From Tricharina praecox (lineage: Eukaryota), in assembly GCF_024521635.1 (NCBI RefSeq), contig NW_026250438.1, positions 62,001 to 126,000 of the forward strand: DNA of 64,000 nt, written 5' to 3'. Position 1 is the stretch's first letter, and each line of letters opens with the position of its first letter. The notes below the pieces were generated by a model, which saw only the letters and a list, made by a program, of their open reading frames with translations, did no database searches and was not told the origin of the DNA. The position numbers and the translations under genes are program-made. Of this stretch, positions 37,279 through 50,518 are shown piece by piece.

Positions 37279-38426
37279 CTACAACCGCCCGTCTCGCGCC
37301 CGCTCTTCCGGCAAGAACAGCCCTCCCCTAGCCATCCAATCCGACACGCCTACGGGGGGTCCAACCGGGCTCCTATTTCCGCCGCTTGGTTCGGGCTCGT
37401 AGTTGAACGGGTCCCGCGGGTCAGGCACGGTCGAAGTCCTCTCCTCGGACAACAGCGAGTCCCGGATCGGGTATGCATCGGGGCCCCAGAGCGAAGTCCT
37501 CGTGTCGGACAGCAGCGAGTCCCTGATGGGAAACACGGTGTCGGGATTCCACGAGGGTACGCGGGCAGCCTGGGATGCGATCGGGGATCCGGTTGCACCC
37601 CACGACACATACGTGTTCGAGTTCGGAGTCGAGTCCATCGAGAGGCCGAAGTCGAACTCTGCCGGGAGGTCTGGGAGCGGTGGGAGCTCTGCGCTTCCGA
37701 GCGGTGCTGGCGCTTGCGCCTTCGTCCACCGCGTATCCATACTCCGCAGCGAGACTATCGACGACATTTCCGAGACGCTGTGGCGCGACGTCGAGCCCAA
37801 CTCCGAGATGCTGTGGCCATAGCCATAGCCCCCGCCCAGCTCCGCGGCGGCGCGCGGCGGCCGCCGTGGGATGTCGACGATCTTGGGACCGGGGACCCAG
37901 AGGCTTTCCCGGCTTTTCATGGGCTCGACGTGCGCGCCTGCTGGCGACGGCTCGTCGACTACCCGTGTCCATTTTCCTTCGTCTGCGAGGGAGCCTAGAG
38001 ATACGCCGCCCGATCCCTTGGGCCCGAATGGGCTCGCCGAGTGCGAGATGCGGTTGTGTCGTCGCCGACGACGGTGGCGCATGTAGAAGGCGACACCGAT
38101 TATGGCGAGCGATAGTAATACCACGCCGCTAACGACGAGGATCACGATGGCACCCGTGGGGATAGGTCCCGTTCCAGAGGAGGAAGAAGAGGCTGTAGCG
38201 GATGCGCTGGAGGAGGTAGCGGTAGGAATGACTGCTTTCGTACTCGTTGAGGCCGATACGGTGGGCACCGCTGCGGTATCGAAGACGATTGCGGTTGGTG
38301 CATTGAAGCCGGCTTGCGGGGTGGTCTGGATGGGTTTCTGGTTAGCATAGGACTTCAAGATGGATGTACGAGGGAACACACGATTGTAGTGAATGTGTTC
38401 ACATCTTCTGCTGTGGCGACGGCCAT
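37279..38426 (-). CDS. Single-pass membrane protein (Mid2/Axl2-like topology), S/T-rich N-terminus, disordered cytoplasmic tail
   Basis: Likely start MAVATAEDVNTFTTI, then an intron (GTGTGT...GCTAAC...CAG), S/T/A stalk, TM AIVILVVSGVVLLSLAIIGVAFYM and RHRRRRR. The start codon is uncertain. Confidence 0.7.
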
Positions 38427-40538
38427 GTGGACTATAGTACCGCCAAAGACAGTGCCAGGAATGAGTGTATAGTAGTGAAGACTGTTTAACCGTAACGATC
38501 GAACGAAATGAGTGTATTGAGGTCGGATATTGGCGAACGGTCTTCACGGACACATAGTCGTCGTCGTCGAGGTGGAAGGATTGCAAAATAGTCCCCACCG
38601 TCATAGGACCTCCATGTATATTCGGACTCCAATGGAACTACAAGCCGGGCATTCCAGCATTTAGACGACATCCTTCCGTGTACGGAACCCCTGGAAAGGG
38701 GGCAGCCCTCGGGCTTGTTGCCCATCAACCCCACCCGGGGGGGCTTCTCTCCGGGGTGATGGCTGTGGTAATAGCGCTGCAACATCGGCGCAATGGCAAC
38801 GTGGGTTGTGACAGCCGTGCCTCATTTGGGCGCAGGCAACAGGCATCCCTTAAAGCAGTACCCGTCTTTCCCCTGCTGCTGTGCGGTAAATTGTAGTCCT
38901 GGGTGAGGGTGTTGTGCACGTCCATGCCCACGACTAGGCAAATTGCAACATAGTGTCAGCACAAAAGGAGGGAATAGACGGGGCCGGTTATCAGATCCTG
39001 GCTGCGCGTGATCGCCGGTGAGGATACATAGACATGCGCTAGCTGTGTACGGTATGCAGGTACACAAACACAACCCACATCGGGTGCCAGGTTCAACAGC
39101 CTGAAGAGAAGTGCATATGAATCCCTAGTCGGATTGAAATTGCTTTGTTCGATTCCGGAGGGAATTGCAGGATAGTATGTGTCCACTGTCCAGCCTCACA
39201 GGGCTACGTTATATTGACTGATGAGCGGAAAATAGTAGATCATGGCCCAAGCGGCGAGAATTGAGACCCACAGACATAGGCAAATAGCTATCCACCAGTA
39301 GATCATGGCCCCTGCGGTGACAATTAAGACCCACAAATATAGTTATCCACCATCGTATGTATAGCTACATACTCAGTTAGAGTCCCCTTCGAATTCTTCG
39401 TTCGCATCCAAAACAGTTGGTGTTGCAGACGTGCTCCTGAGGTTCCACGCAACCAGCTCACGGCCGTCCGGGACGTTCGAGGAAATGTGGACTGACGGTC
39501 CGGTAGACCACTGACAGAGTTACGCGCGGCGAAAACGGACACCAGTAAGGCTGACGCGGGGGCCATTTGCGGAATTATCCGCTACTAGTAGCGAGCGACT
39601 TTCCAGAATCCGAAAAGACTAAACCGACAGATCGTGGCTGAGGGCTTTTGAGTGGCAGCCGGCCTTTCGAGCACACGGTTCGGTGTCAATCCCCCGGCAC
39701 ATCTGTCAGAATTGGGCCTTCCTGGGCAAAAAACACTTCCTCCGGTCCGCCAGAGCGGCACCTGGGTTGCATTGTCATCAGGTGTCAAGATTGCGTCTAT
39801 TGCAGCTTTACTACATATGCGCATTCCCCCGTACTCGGAGTACCACGGCCCCGTTTCCCGGTCTTGACTCTTGAGTCCGGTGGTTGCCTTGCCATCCGCA
39901 AAGGCACCCCTGGACGTATCGCTGCGGTGAGCACTACCGGAAGTTACTGGTGAGTCAGCACTTTAGCGCGACGGAGAAATGTCCACTGTGGATCCGAGGA
40001 GATGTGTTTCGCATGGTGTTGCCTCACAGGTTAGAGCGGAGGCGGCCCCATACGTATGCGGTGAGTGCGGTGGGTGCGGCCTGGTTGCGGTGGCTTCGAG
40101 AGCAGCACGACCATGGTCCGGTGAAGGCCGACGGACTAGTTTCGAGAGGACTAGTTCACAAAGAGTTTGCTGTGTCTTGTTGAAATGCGGCGGAGCTCTT
40201 TTCAGGTCAGCTAGATCAAAGTCTAATCCACATCCCAGCTTCCGAGACACGTGCCTTGTGCCTGAAGCGAAGAGTGGAGTGCAGCCATGCCGTGCCCAGC
40301 AGCCTAGGTAGTAGATGCTGACACGAATATGAGTAAGCCAATAGTTCCCGGTGGGCGACATGAGAGCTTCAAACTTGAAAGGAGCTCACTCGGAGTCCGA
40401 GGAAGGTATCATGACAATAATCCGGACCCGTGTTGCTGCGGGCATTCTGGAAAGCACCTTTGCCGAGCAGAGTCCCAAATCGACATCCGATTCTCACATC
40501 ATCCAGAAGTGTGGAGATATGGGGTCTTAGTTGGCTAT

Positions 40539-41055
40539 TGAGGGGCGCGAAGGAGAAGGCGGCTTAGCGGCATTGGTGAGCACGGGAGGGAGACGGCGAA
40601 AACAAAAGATAGATAATGAAGAAGTTGAGGTTGTATTCAACTTCGAAGAGCCATCTAATACGGCTCTCCCCCGCTGCCTACAACGTTCGGTGTCACTCGA
40701 TCCGGCTAGTCCGGCTGACACCACCATTCGGATCCACCGATTCGACCAGCCTCCCCTCCGATTTTATCGGATCCGCCATCTATTCTACATGTGCTCCTCT
40801 CATGGCGGTGGCAGACGACAGAGACCTTGTTGAGACCTTGTATTTTGGAGGAGAGACCTTGTTGGGACCAGGCGGGACCTGGTGGGACCTATGTGTTATG
40901 TAGGGCAGACCCGATGCGTTCGTTGAACGTTGAAATGTTTTCTGTTCTTCTTGTCGGTCCGTCTCTTTTTTCAACACAACAGACATCATCATCTGCATAG
41001 ACCTTTTGTTAATTGATCACGTTTTATTTGACCACACCCGTTCTGTGGTCTCTCG
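40539..41055 (+). mobile_element. Solo-LTR-like repeat, family B copy 2
   Basis: Starts TGAGGGGCGCG and ends GGTCTCTCG. Shares start, GAGACCTTGTTG/GGTGGGACCT/CAGACCCGATGCG blocks and end with 53170-53438, and its interior with 370-698. Confidence 0.7.
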
Positions 41056-41140
41056 GCTGGTGCGCTAAACTCGGATATCTTTAGACTGATTGACGGAAAT
41101 TTGAAAAGCCCCGAATACCCCCATTAGTACTATCGAGTGA

Positions 41141-41292
41141 AAGGACGTACACGGCGGCTAAGGACGTAGAAGGCGGATACGGACGTAGAAGGCGGAGAAA
41201 CACGTACACGGCGGAGAAGTACGTTAACGGCGGATAAGGTCGTTAACTAACGGCGGATAAAGCATACGGCGAGAAGACGTACACGACGGAAG
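41141..41292. repeat. 19-bp-period minisatellite (~7-8 degenerate units, consensus ACGTA.A.GGCGGA.AAGG)
   Basis: acgtacacggcggctaagg / acgtagaaggcggatacgg / acgtagaaggcggagaaac / acgtacacggcggagaagt / acgttaacggcggataagg ... Confidence 0.85.
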
Positions 41293-43420
41293 ATACAGCC
41301 GACGGCATCAAACCCGGGCAAATATCAACTTCTGCAGCTGCTACTATCGATACACTGGCTCCGTGGGACAGCCAAACCTATGAACGACATCTCCAGGACC
41401 TTCAAGACTACTAAGAAGCTCGTCGACTTATGGTACAGAGACATTCAGTTAACTACCTAGGTCACGTGGCTGAGAGGGATCAGGAGCTAGGTACTCTAGT
41501 TTGAACTTTGTGCAATTCGACGACGACGAACACCCAAAAAGGTTGATCACTCGAAACTTCCCAGGACTACCGTGGTACGTACCGCAGCCTTGAAACAAAC
41601 TCCGTCATGCAATCCAGTCCTACCCCTACCCCAATAACAGACGGACTGACCGTGTGCATTAGATCACTGCATACGTCGGACCAATCGTTAGGCGGCTCTA
41701 CCAGCTTCACTCAAGTGTACACACGCAGACACCCACCACATGTGTTCCCAACCCTCATACGAATCATACTCTGGATGGACGCAAGGCTAGAGTTTCTTCG
41801 AGCTGGGAAGTTGTGTATGTACGCAGTGCGTACGTACGTTCTTTTTGCTGCTTCTGGGGCCGCCCAACAGAATCGAAACTCGTATGTGGCTTACGCAGTC
41901 AAACCGGCGCAAGACATCGAAGCAAGGAAAGGAGATTTCTTTGGTACATAAGCGAACTTACGGATACTTTGGGCAGTAGGTACTCCACATAACTATGTCG
42001 ATTGTGCCCAGATCATTGAACCCATTGGATGATGGACAGAGCTGAGGAACCCGCCAGGTGTTGGGCGATGCTGCCACCAACTGCCCAGTGCCCATGCATG
42101 CATGCAGCTCCTAAGTACTTTGCACGCATGTAGAGGGCGTGCGGCTGGTATGTACTCGAATGTGCAGGATACTTGGATGCGGAGACGCGAAGGGTTTTTT
42201 GTTTTGTTTACTCGTTGATTGCATGCGACCTATTACTAATAGTAGCTGGATCATGGCAGTATGGGAGGCTGAGATGTTCTCGTCTCGTGTGGTGAGTTTC
42301 TTGGCGAGAGTGACCGTCCGTGAACAGGAATTGAATCTGACAACTCGGCCAATTGGCATCCAATTGCCTCAACTGAGTGTTCGGATCCATCCTCATGAGC
42401 AGGCCACGGTGGCGGTAGTGGTGGACGTTGATTTCGACGCGGACGCCTCAGAATAACGAGTTGGTGCCCAACAAAAGAAACACCTTGGGGAAAAAAAGAA
42501 AACACACCAACCGACAGAACCACTTGCGTCCCGGCAGACAAGTACCAGTAACATTCGAGTACCGAACACACTTTTGTGTCACTTGATGGGGAAGTCCGAA
42601 TCAACCAACCATCCGAAAGCAAAAGAAACCGCATGGACAAAAGGAAGGAAAGCCGGAAGCCAGTTGCAGTAGCCAAACGGTAGCGAGTCAAGATCGATCT
42701 GCCGGTGGTCTCCCCGGAAGCTGGATGTGTCCTTTCGAGGAATCTCAACCTACAGTATGTACTGGAGCCGAACTCTGTTCACCGAGAAGGTACTTGGACG
42801 GTAATATTTGCCCAACCCACTTTGTCGTCTCGAGGAGTAGCGCGTTCGAGCTTCGCTAAGCTTCGCTAAGCTTCGCAGCCGAGCTGAAGCTATACAATAT
42901 CCAATGATAGATGAGCGTGCATTCGTGAGCCGTCCTTGCATGCGCAGGCCAGCGGCGAGTACTCTACATATGTATGTAGCCGGCCGAACCTAACATCTGC
43001 GTTCGGCAGCAGGGAACTCACTCCGCCCGCCATTCCTTGATCCTATCACGTCAAATCCCGTGCAGCGCGGGGATTTTTGGCATTGGACCACGAAGCTTAT
43101 TTATATCCTCCAACGCAATCATCCACCACCACGCGTGTGGAGGAGATGGAGAACCCCTCATTCGCGGGGTGTACGATCACGCTCTGGGGCCCCCCACCGC
43201 TCCACCGCGACAGACCCTGGCGTCGCAAGATCGGTGCTTCCGTGGAGCCTGCTCGAGATATTTTGGCTCACGTACATACACGTATGCTTCGAGCTTCTCA
43301 GCCGTATGTATCAAAGGATGGCACTCCGTTGTCCGCTGGATAAATAGCAGACTGTCTCCACGGTGATTCCGTTCATCACATCCTCAGGTTCTCTCCGACT
43401 CCTTCGTATCGGCTCAAATC

Positions 43421-44797
43421 ATGCAGTTCTTCCCGTCACTTCTGATTCTTGCGGCAGCGCTCCAGGGAGCCCTGGCTGCCACCGGAGATATCATCGAAGG
43501 TGCCTATATCGTCATGCTCAAACCCGAAACCCCGGAGCCGGAATTCGAAGCGCACTGCAGTTGGGCCGCAGGCATCCAATCCCCCGGTGTCGCGAAGGGG
43601 AGTGGCAACGGCGAGTTCCCCGAGGGGGTTCTAAAGCACACGTACCTGTTCGGAACCATGAAGGGATACGTTGGTACTTTCGACAACAAGACCATTGAGG
43701 AGATTGCCACTCGTCCTGAGGTCAATTACATCGAACCCGATCGCGTTGTCAGCGCCGCCAATCCCCTGGTAAGTTTGTGTGCGTGTGTGGGGGGAGCCTT
43801 CCCTCTTTGATTCGTTGACTTGCTAATAATCGCATTTTTTTTAACCATCCCGTAGATCACCCAATTCGACGCTGGCCCTGGTCTCGGACGCATTTCGCAC
43901 CGCAGACCGTCAGTGAACTACGTCTACAGCGCCGATGCCGACAACTGTAATGGCACCACCGCATACGTCATCGACACTGTAAGCTTTTATTACCATTCCA
44001 AACACTTGAAGAGGGTGATTGCATTGTTCTGATGTCGAACTTTCCCTTAGGGTGTCCTTGCCACACACGAGCAATTCCAAGGCCGTGCCATCAACGTCGC
44101 CAACTTTGTCGACGGCGTCCCAACCGACGAGAATGGCCACGGAACGCACGTTGCCGGCATCATCGGCGGCCGGGACTTCGGAGTCTGCAAGGAGATCGAG
44201 CTCCTCGCCATAAAAGTTCTCGGCGCCGACGGCTTCGGCACGCTTTCCGGCGTCATCGCCGGTGTGCAATACGCCGCCACCGACGCCGCCAACGAGGGGC
44301 GCCGCGGCGCGTCCGTCGCCAACATGTCCCTCAGCTCGCTCCGCTCAGCCGCGCTGAACCTAGCCGTCAACAACGCCATCGACAGCGGCCTGCCGATCGC
44401 CGTCGCCGCCGGCAACAGCGACGCCGAAGCGAGCAACTACTCTCCCGCGTCGGTACCCATCGCGCTCACCGTCGCCGCCATTGACCCCACCACGGATGTC
44501 CGCGCCGGGTTCTCCAACTTCGGGCCCAGCGTCGACCTCTTCGCGCCCGGCGTCAACATTCTGTCCGCTTACATCGGCAGCAACGATGCGGTCGCCGTCC
44601 TGAGCGGAACCTCAATGGCCTCCCCGTTCGTCGCCGGCGTCGTCGCTTACTTCTTGGGCTTGTTCGGCGCCCTGACCCCCTGCGAGGTCACGGAGCTCCT
44701 GCTCGACGTCGCGACTAGGGGCAGGGTCATCGGTCCTGGCCCAGGATCTCCCAACGCGATTGTCTTCAACAACGCTACTGCTACGCGTTGTCGTTGA
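43421..44797 (+). CDS. Subtilisin-like (S8A, proteinase K-type) serine protease with I9 propeptide (2 introns)
   Basis: Signal peptide; YIVMLK...KHTY...YIEPD propeptide; triad YVIDTG, GHGTHVAG, SGTSMASP; VAAGN, FSNFG, DLFAPGVNILS. Confidence 0.94.
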
Positions 44798-47071
44798 TGG
44801 GAGGACTCACAAAGAGGGGGATGGCTGGCGGTATATAGCCGGTTAATTTCCTACGGGAAGGATATATAATGAGTAATATTAATAGAGCTCCGGACCGGCT
44901 AGATGAGCGCAAGTCTCTGGGAGAAATTATTCAGAATTGAGGTTTTCGAAAATCTGGAGTTGCGCGCAATTTGTGTGGACTTTGGACGTATGCACCCCCA
45001 TGAGTCCGATTGATGGGCATCATGCCTTGCGGAAGAGGAAATTGCGAGCGAGCCATCAGCCATTCACCAGAGGAGTTAAGGTTCCTACTTTCTACGGATG
45101 AAGATGAACTCATGAAGTGAAGACCCTCCAGACTCCAGTACCGGCAAGAGGCTGCGCGGTGTGTACATTTGCACACCCATCGGAGCCCGGATAGTGGGGG
45201 TAGTGACGGTGAAAGTTTTATTTCCGATTGGTACCTACTTACCCCACCTCTGCACCTCAGTATGAGCACTGAATCGGTTCTACTATCGACCATGTACGCG
45301 GCATCACTCGCTTTACGAGTGATTTCGTATGAGAACTAACGGTCAAAGCGCCCTTGCCATCGCCCTCGCTAAGCGGGAGCATGGTGCGTTCGTCGCAGAG
45401 AAGTTAGAAGCGGGAGGAGAACCGGGCCGTCGAGAGGAATTCGCTACCTACATATCCGCACTGTCCGCTCCAAGCGCAGAAATCCTAGTGGGCAGTCGTG
45501 CACCGCCCACGGGTCGTTATCGGTCTTCGTTATATATAAGTACCGGTACCGGTACCTGGTTACCTCGCAAGTCTGATCGTATGTGCGTATAATCGCTCAC
45601 GTTATATGTGTGTAGATACGCTCATGTGTACCTTCACAGCCCTCACGATCTTCAACCCTGACGAACCCGCCATCGTCGCGCTTCGCAGCTTCGCTCCGTC
45701 GAGGTTTTGATTGCGTCTACGTAGCCACTTGCGATCGCCCGCGATCGCCCGCGACCGCCGACGTTACTGCTCCACGAGCCGAAAACATGTACATGTATGT
45801 AGGTGCCCAGTGCAGTAACTTTCGATCATTCATAGCAATCAGCCACAGTGACTTCCGTACAGTGGGATTCTGGTGTCGTCGGTATGTATCATAGAAACGG
45901 ACCACTTCATGGCCCATCACCCGCCGTTCTCGAACGTAGTTGGTGATCGGTGCTGAATTGAGTCTTGTAGGTACTGTGCAAATAGTATTCTCCTCAATAC
46001 ATAATAGCGATCTATTGTTCTACGATGCCTATACTTCGTACCGTACCTATTTCTCACGGCTGCGCCAGTTTCGCCACTGTACTCGCATGTAAGGGTAAGT
46101 GGTGCCTCGCCTTGCGCTTATAAGTCGCAGTGGTGGTGAGACACAACTTATCGGCTGTGCCTGGTATGTACTGTAGCCATCTTCATCGAGACATGTGGCG
46201 TATACTCGCAGTGTGTGGGTTTCGCGGTCGATCGCGCGGAACAGGCGTCCGGAGTTACACGGCGGACCACTCGCCGGGGCTAGAACTTTTGGATCTACAT
46301 AGGAAGTAATCTAAGTACTCTACATGGTACTTCGCCACGCATGGGTTTCTCTCACACCGTGCGGGCGATTCTCATAGAAGCATCGGATCGGCGACATCGG
46401 TCGAATAAACGAAAACAATAAAAAGCTCGGATCGGCGGCCGGGTGCTACCACGGGATTCAATTCGACTCCCAGCCAAATGGAACTGTCTCCCGTAGATGA
46501 CTAGTGATGTGATTCCGACGGACCAATTGTCGCACGGCACGTTATGTCGCTTGTTTCGCTCCGTGGCGCCGCCCTGGTACATAGAGTACTCTAGCTTCGT
46601 CCTGACGTGGCCTAGCATCGATCACCAGCCCTCTTTTTTTTTCTTCAACAAATTAATTTGGTGGCTGGAAACGCAGCGAGGTGTTTTGTGTGGACTTTTG
46701 GGGGAATGGGCTGCCCGGATCAGGAATTCTGTGGCTGTTCTCGCAGGCATACATGGTAGCGTCGGGGATAAACAGCGGCCACTCGAGTGGGAACATCCCC
46801 CTGTCTGTTGGTTGGCAGCACAGCGCTGCCGCGAGCCCAGCCAGTGGCCACCGGGAACTGAACTGGTTCGTGTTGCTGTTCATTTTTCCGGTCCGATGAC
46901 GTTGGCGCCTATGTACGTACTGTGCTGTGCTTTCCCGCTTTGCTGCTGTGCTCTGCTCTGCTCTGCTTGCTTGCAGTGCGTCTGAGATGCCGAAAGATCT
47001 TCTCTGCTCCATTCACCGTCAAAACCTTCGTCCTTCTTCGTCCATACTACCAACCCCCCGTGTTTCCAGTG

Positions 47072-48729
47072 ATGCGGCTATCGTTTATCCTCGTGAGCGC
47101 TCTCACCGCCGTAGCGTCCGCGTCTCCAGCAGATCCCAATGATCTAGCGGATCTGCTGCAGCGGAGGGATGGCCAGCTTCGCCGTCGTGCCCTCTCCGAC
47201 GTTATCAATAACCTCCTCAGTGGGATCAATCTGGACGACATCGCCCAGGTATGAACAAGATAGATATATCTCTTTCTCTGTCGGTCGGCACCGAGCTCTC
47301 GTGTTGACGCTCGCAGGGAATTCTGCCCGATTTTTTCAGCTGGATTCCAAACACCGACCGGATCCAAAGCGAATTGAGAATCAGTGACGATGCCGTCAAC
47401 AGCTTGCCGGTGAAGGTTCTCAACATGCCGTATGTCTCCACGTCCATTGTTGTTGCTGTCATGACTTCTGGGAACTGATGTGTTTCTGTGTGTCAAAGGG
47501 CGTATGCGAACTGGTCAGACAATGCCTGGAACGTCCGCTTCCACGCGTGGGCGTACAAAGAACCGTTCGCGTTCGACAACGACAGCAGCATCGTGACGAC
47601 CAGCACCCTCGATCGAGCGGCCAATGTGTTCCTGCCCGACTTCGACGTTTCGGAGCTGCAGCCGAACGAGCAAACGAACGCTCGCAACCTGACCTCGGCC
47701 ATCCTGTCGCTGCCGGTCGATGGCCAGCAGCTCGAGTTCCATCTCAAAGTCCGTCCCGGCCAGAACAGCACGTCCGCGCTATCGCCGTGGACGGGGAGGG
47801 TCGTTTGGCCAGTGGAAACGGATGCCAGAGGCGAGATCGACGGCTTCGTGTCGGTCCCCATCGAGCCCACCGGTGGTACCGGCACATGGCTTCCCGACGG
47901 CTCGCAGGTGAGTGACATCGTGCAGCTAGATATGCACACCCAAGGGACGGACACGGGCAACTCGACGGTGTATCTCGTTCCCCCGGAAGGAGTGATTGTG
48001 CTCTCGGACATCGACGACATCCTGCGAGTGACCAAGATCTACCAGCCGACGGAGGGACTCCTCAACTCGTTCGCGCGCGACTTCGTTCCGTGGATGAACA
48101 TGCCGCAGCGCTTTGCCGAGTGGAAGGCGCAGTACCCCGACCAGCCGTACCACTTCCACTACCTGACCACGACGCCGCAGCAGGCGACGCGCAAGTACGC
48201 CGAGTTCATCTATAACACGTACCCTCTGGGCTCATTCGACACGCGGCCGCTGAACTTCACGACGGTGGAGCAGACGTTCGCGGTGCGCAAATTCCTGCTC
48301 GAGCGGATCCTGCGGACGTTCCCGCGGCGCCGCTTCGTGCTCATCGGCGACACGACGAACTCCGACGTGATGAGCGGCTACCCGGAGGTGGCAAAGGCGT
48401 ACGCCAACGTCCAGTGCATCCTGCTGCGCAACGTCTCCGCCACCGACAGTGCGAACAGGTTCCCGTACGATACTAGCGGCTTCAACGGCCTCGACCGCGC
48501 AAAGTACATGTTCTTCCGAACCCCTGATGACCTCGCCGGCCTCGACTTTGGCAGCGGCGATTGCGTAAACACTACCGTGCCGCAAAGTGTCACCTTTGGC
48601 TGGCAGAACTTGCCGCTCGGAGTGCGTGATCAGACTACCAGCGACGGTGGCGGCAGCTCGAAGGCCGCCGTTGAGAAGGTCTGGTGGGTCGTGATGGTTG
48701 CGGCTGTGGCGCTGTGGTCGACGCTGTAA
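47072..48729 (+). CDS. Secreted, possibly GPI-anchored App1/DUF2183-like HAD phosphatase (2 introns)
   Basis: Signal peptide MRLSFILVSALTAVASA; VIVLSDIDDILRVTKI, FHYLTTTP, YPLGSF, FPRRRFVLIGD; hydrophobic C-terminus VWWVVMVAAVALWSTL*. Confidence 0.82.
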
Positions 48730-49702
48730 ATGGTGGACACTGGATAAGACTTTATGACGAATGATGAGGAACGATACGAGGCATTGCGTGGGAGCGTTTA
48801 GCGGGAATGTTTTGGGCTTGTGCATGTGTTTTATTTTTGGTTTATTTTTGTACCATGATGGGCGATGTCGATGGATGGATGTTGATGTTGATGCTGATGC
48901 TGATGTATATACCCCTTCCTGTCTCTACTGCACTACGCTTGCGAGGCTATGGGCGACAATCGAATGATGAATTACTGACTGTTGATGCCGCTTCGTCACT
49001 CGTGTCTTGTTGTTTTGTCTCCAGTGCATCCGACCATTCTTCCCGACATGGCAGCCCCTTACCTAAGTGCTTATGTACTCATGTACCTGACGTCCCCGCG
49101 TTCCACGGAAGTGTCTAGCGATGCGCCGATGCCGACATAGCTCGACGGGACTCCGTCGTCGAACGTTCTGTTTATGCCGTGCTCCAGCTACCTATTCCGT
49201 CGCACGTGGCTGATTGGCGGTACCTATCTCCAATGTCCATCATTCGCACGAGTATATCCTCATCCGGCCATCCATTTGCATCCATGGTTCCATATGCATC
49301 GTCCAATATGCACCACCCCACAAACTCTACTCTACTTTGCGCAGCCTATCTACATAACTAACCGCGGTTGATCGATAATCAAAGAATTGCATTGAACCAA
49401 AGCTCTACTATATCTAACTACCTGTCAAGCAGTGAGCACGTCACCGCCGCCGGGCATTTCAAATCAGCTTTGGACTCGGGGCATAGGTGGCCCAGCAATT
49501 GCCCGCATAGTTATTTCAAATCAGCTTCAGCCTTCGGTATCGTGGTATGTAAGTGCGTAAGTATAAACTCTCCATACCCCACCCCGCAATCGGGTAGAGA
49601 TCCATCATCCATCGTACGCAACAACAACAACCACTTCCCAACCAACAGCAGAAACCACCACCACCTACCCCCCCCCCCCCCCCCCTCCCCCAACCCCTCA
49701 CC

Positions 49703-50518
49703 ATGCCACTCCTCAAGCCCCTCGCCATAATCGCCGGCGTCGGCCCAGGCACCGGTGCCTCCCTGGCCGCCCGTTTCGGGCGCACCTACACCGTGGCGCT
49801 TCTCGCGCGGACCTCGGGTGCAGCAGAGCAGATCCTTGCGTCCATCGGCGGGGACGGGATCGCGGTGGCGACGGACGTAACAGATCCGGTCAGCATTGCG
49901 GCAGCGTTCGGGCGAATCCGCGAGGCGTACGCGGACCGTCCGCTCGCTGCCGCGGTATACAATGTTGCGAGCAGAGTGAAAAAGCCGTTTTTGGAGCTGA
50001 GTCTTGACGAGTTCGAGAGTGGGTGGGCTACGGGGGGGTGAGTTCTCCTTTTGCTGCGGGTGTGCGGGGGGGAGGAGGGATGCTGGGGGTGGTGCTGATA
50101 CCAGAGGGTGACCAGGCGCGGCCCGTTCCTCTTCTCGCAGCACGCGCTACCGCTGCTGCTGACCGCTGGAGCTTCGGACACCGCCGGTGCCTACACGCCG
50201 TCGCTGATCTTTACGGGGGCGACGGCGTCGGTCAAGGCCAATGCCGAGAGCGCGGCGTTCGCGACGCAGAAGTGGGCGCAGCGCGCGCTGGCACAGAGTC
50301 TGGCCAAAGAGTTTGGGCCAAGAGGGGTCCATGTCGCGCACGTCATCGTTGATGGCCCGATTGATACCCCCAGGATCAGGGAGATGTTTAAGGGCGTCGA
50401 TGAAAAGGGGCTTATTGATCCGGACGCTATTGCGGACGCGTATTGGTGGCTGCATACGCAGGATAAGAGGGCACTGACTTGGGAGGTCGATTTGAGGACG
50501 GGGGTTGAGAAGTGGTAG
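49703..50518 (+). CDS. Short-chain dehydrogenase/reductase (atypical; 1 intron)
   Basis: AIIAGVGPGTG, TDVTD, AVYNV, LIFTGATAS, FATQKWAQRALAQSLAKEFGPRGVHVAHVIVDG, WEVDLR. Confidence 0.9.

Noticed and set aside
39330..40530. Possible decayed gene upstream of the family B LTR
   Set aside because: Only short ORFs, with no motif or consistent frame I can support.
40531..40833. ORF similar to 466..831(-) (EVVFNFEEPSN...MCSSHGG), suggesting a paralogous small gene pair
   Set aside because: The similarity is nucleotide-level within a solo-LTR-like repeat; starts, lengths and indels are inconsistent with a conserved protein.
41141..41292. CRISPR-like appearance of the 19-bp array
   Set aside because: Contiguous tandem units without unique spacers, no cas genes, eukaryotic context.
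41300..42460. Possible spliced gene remnant (GTATGT...TACTAAT..TAG intron-like segment at ~42148-42245)
   Set aside because: I could not build a coherent open gene model or recognise a domain.
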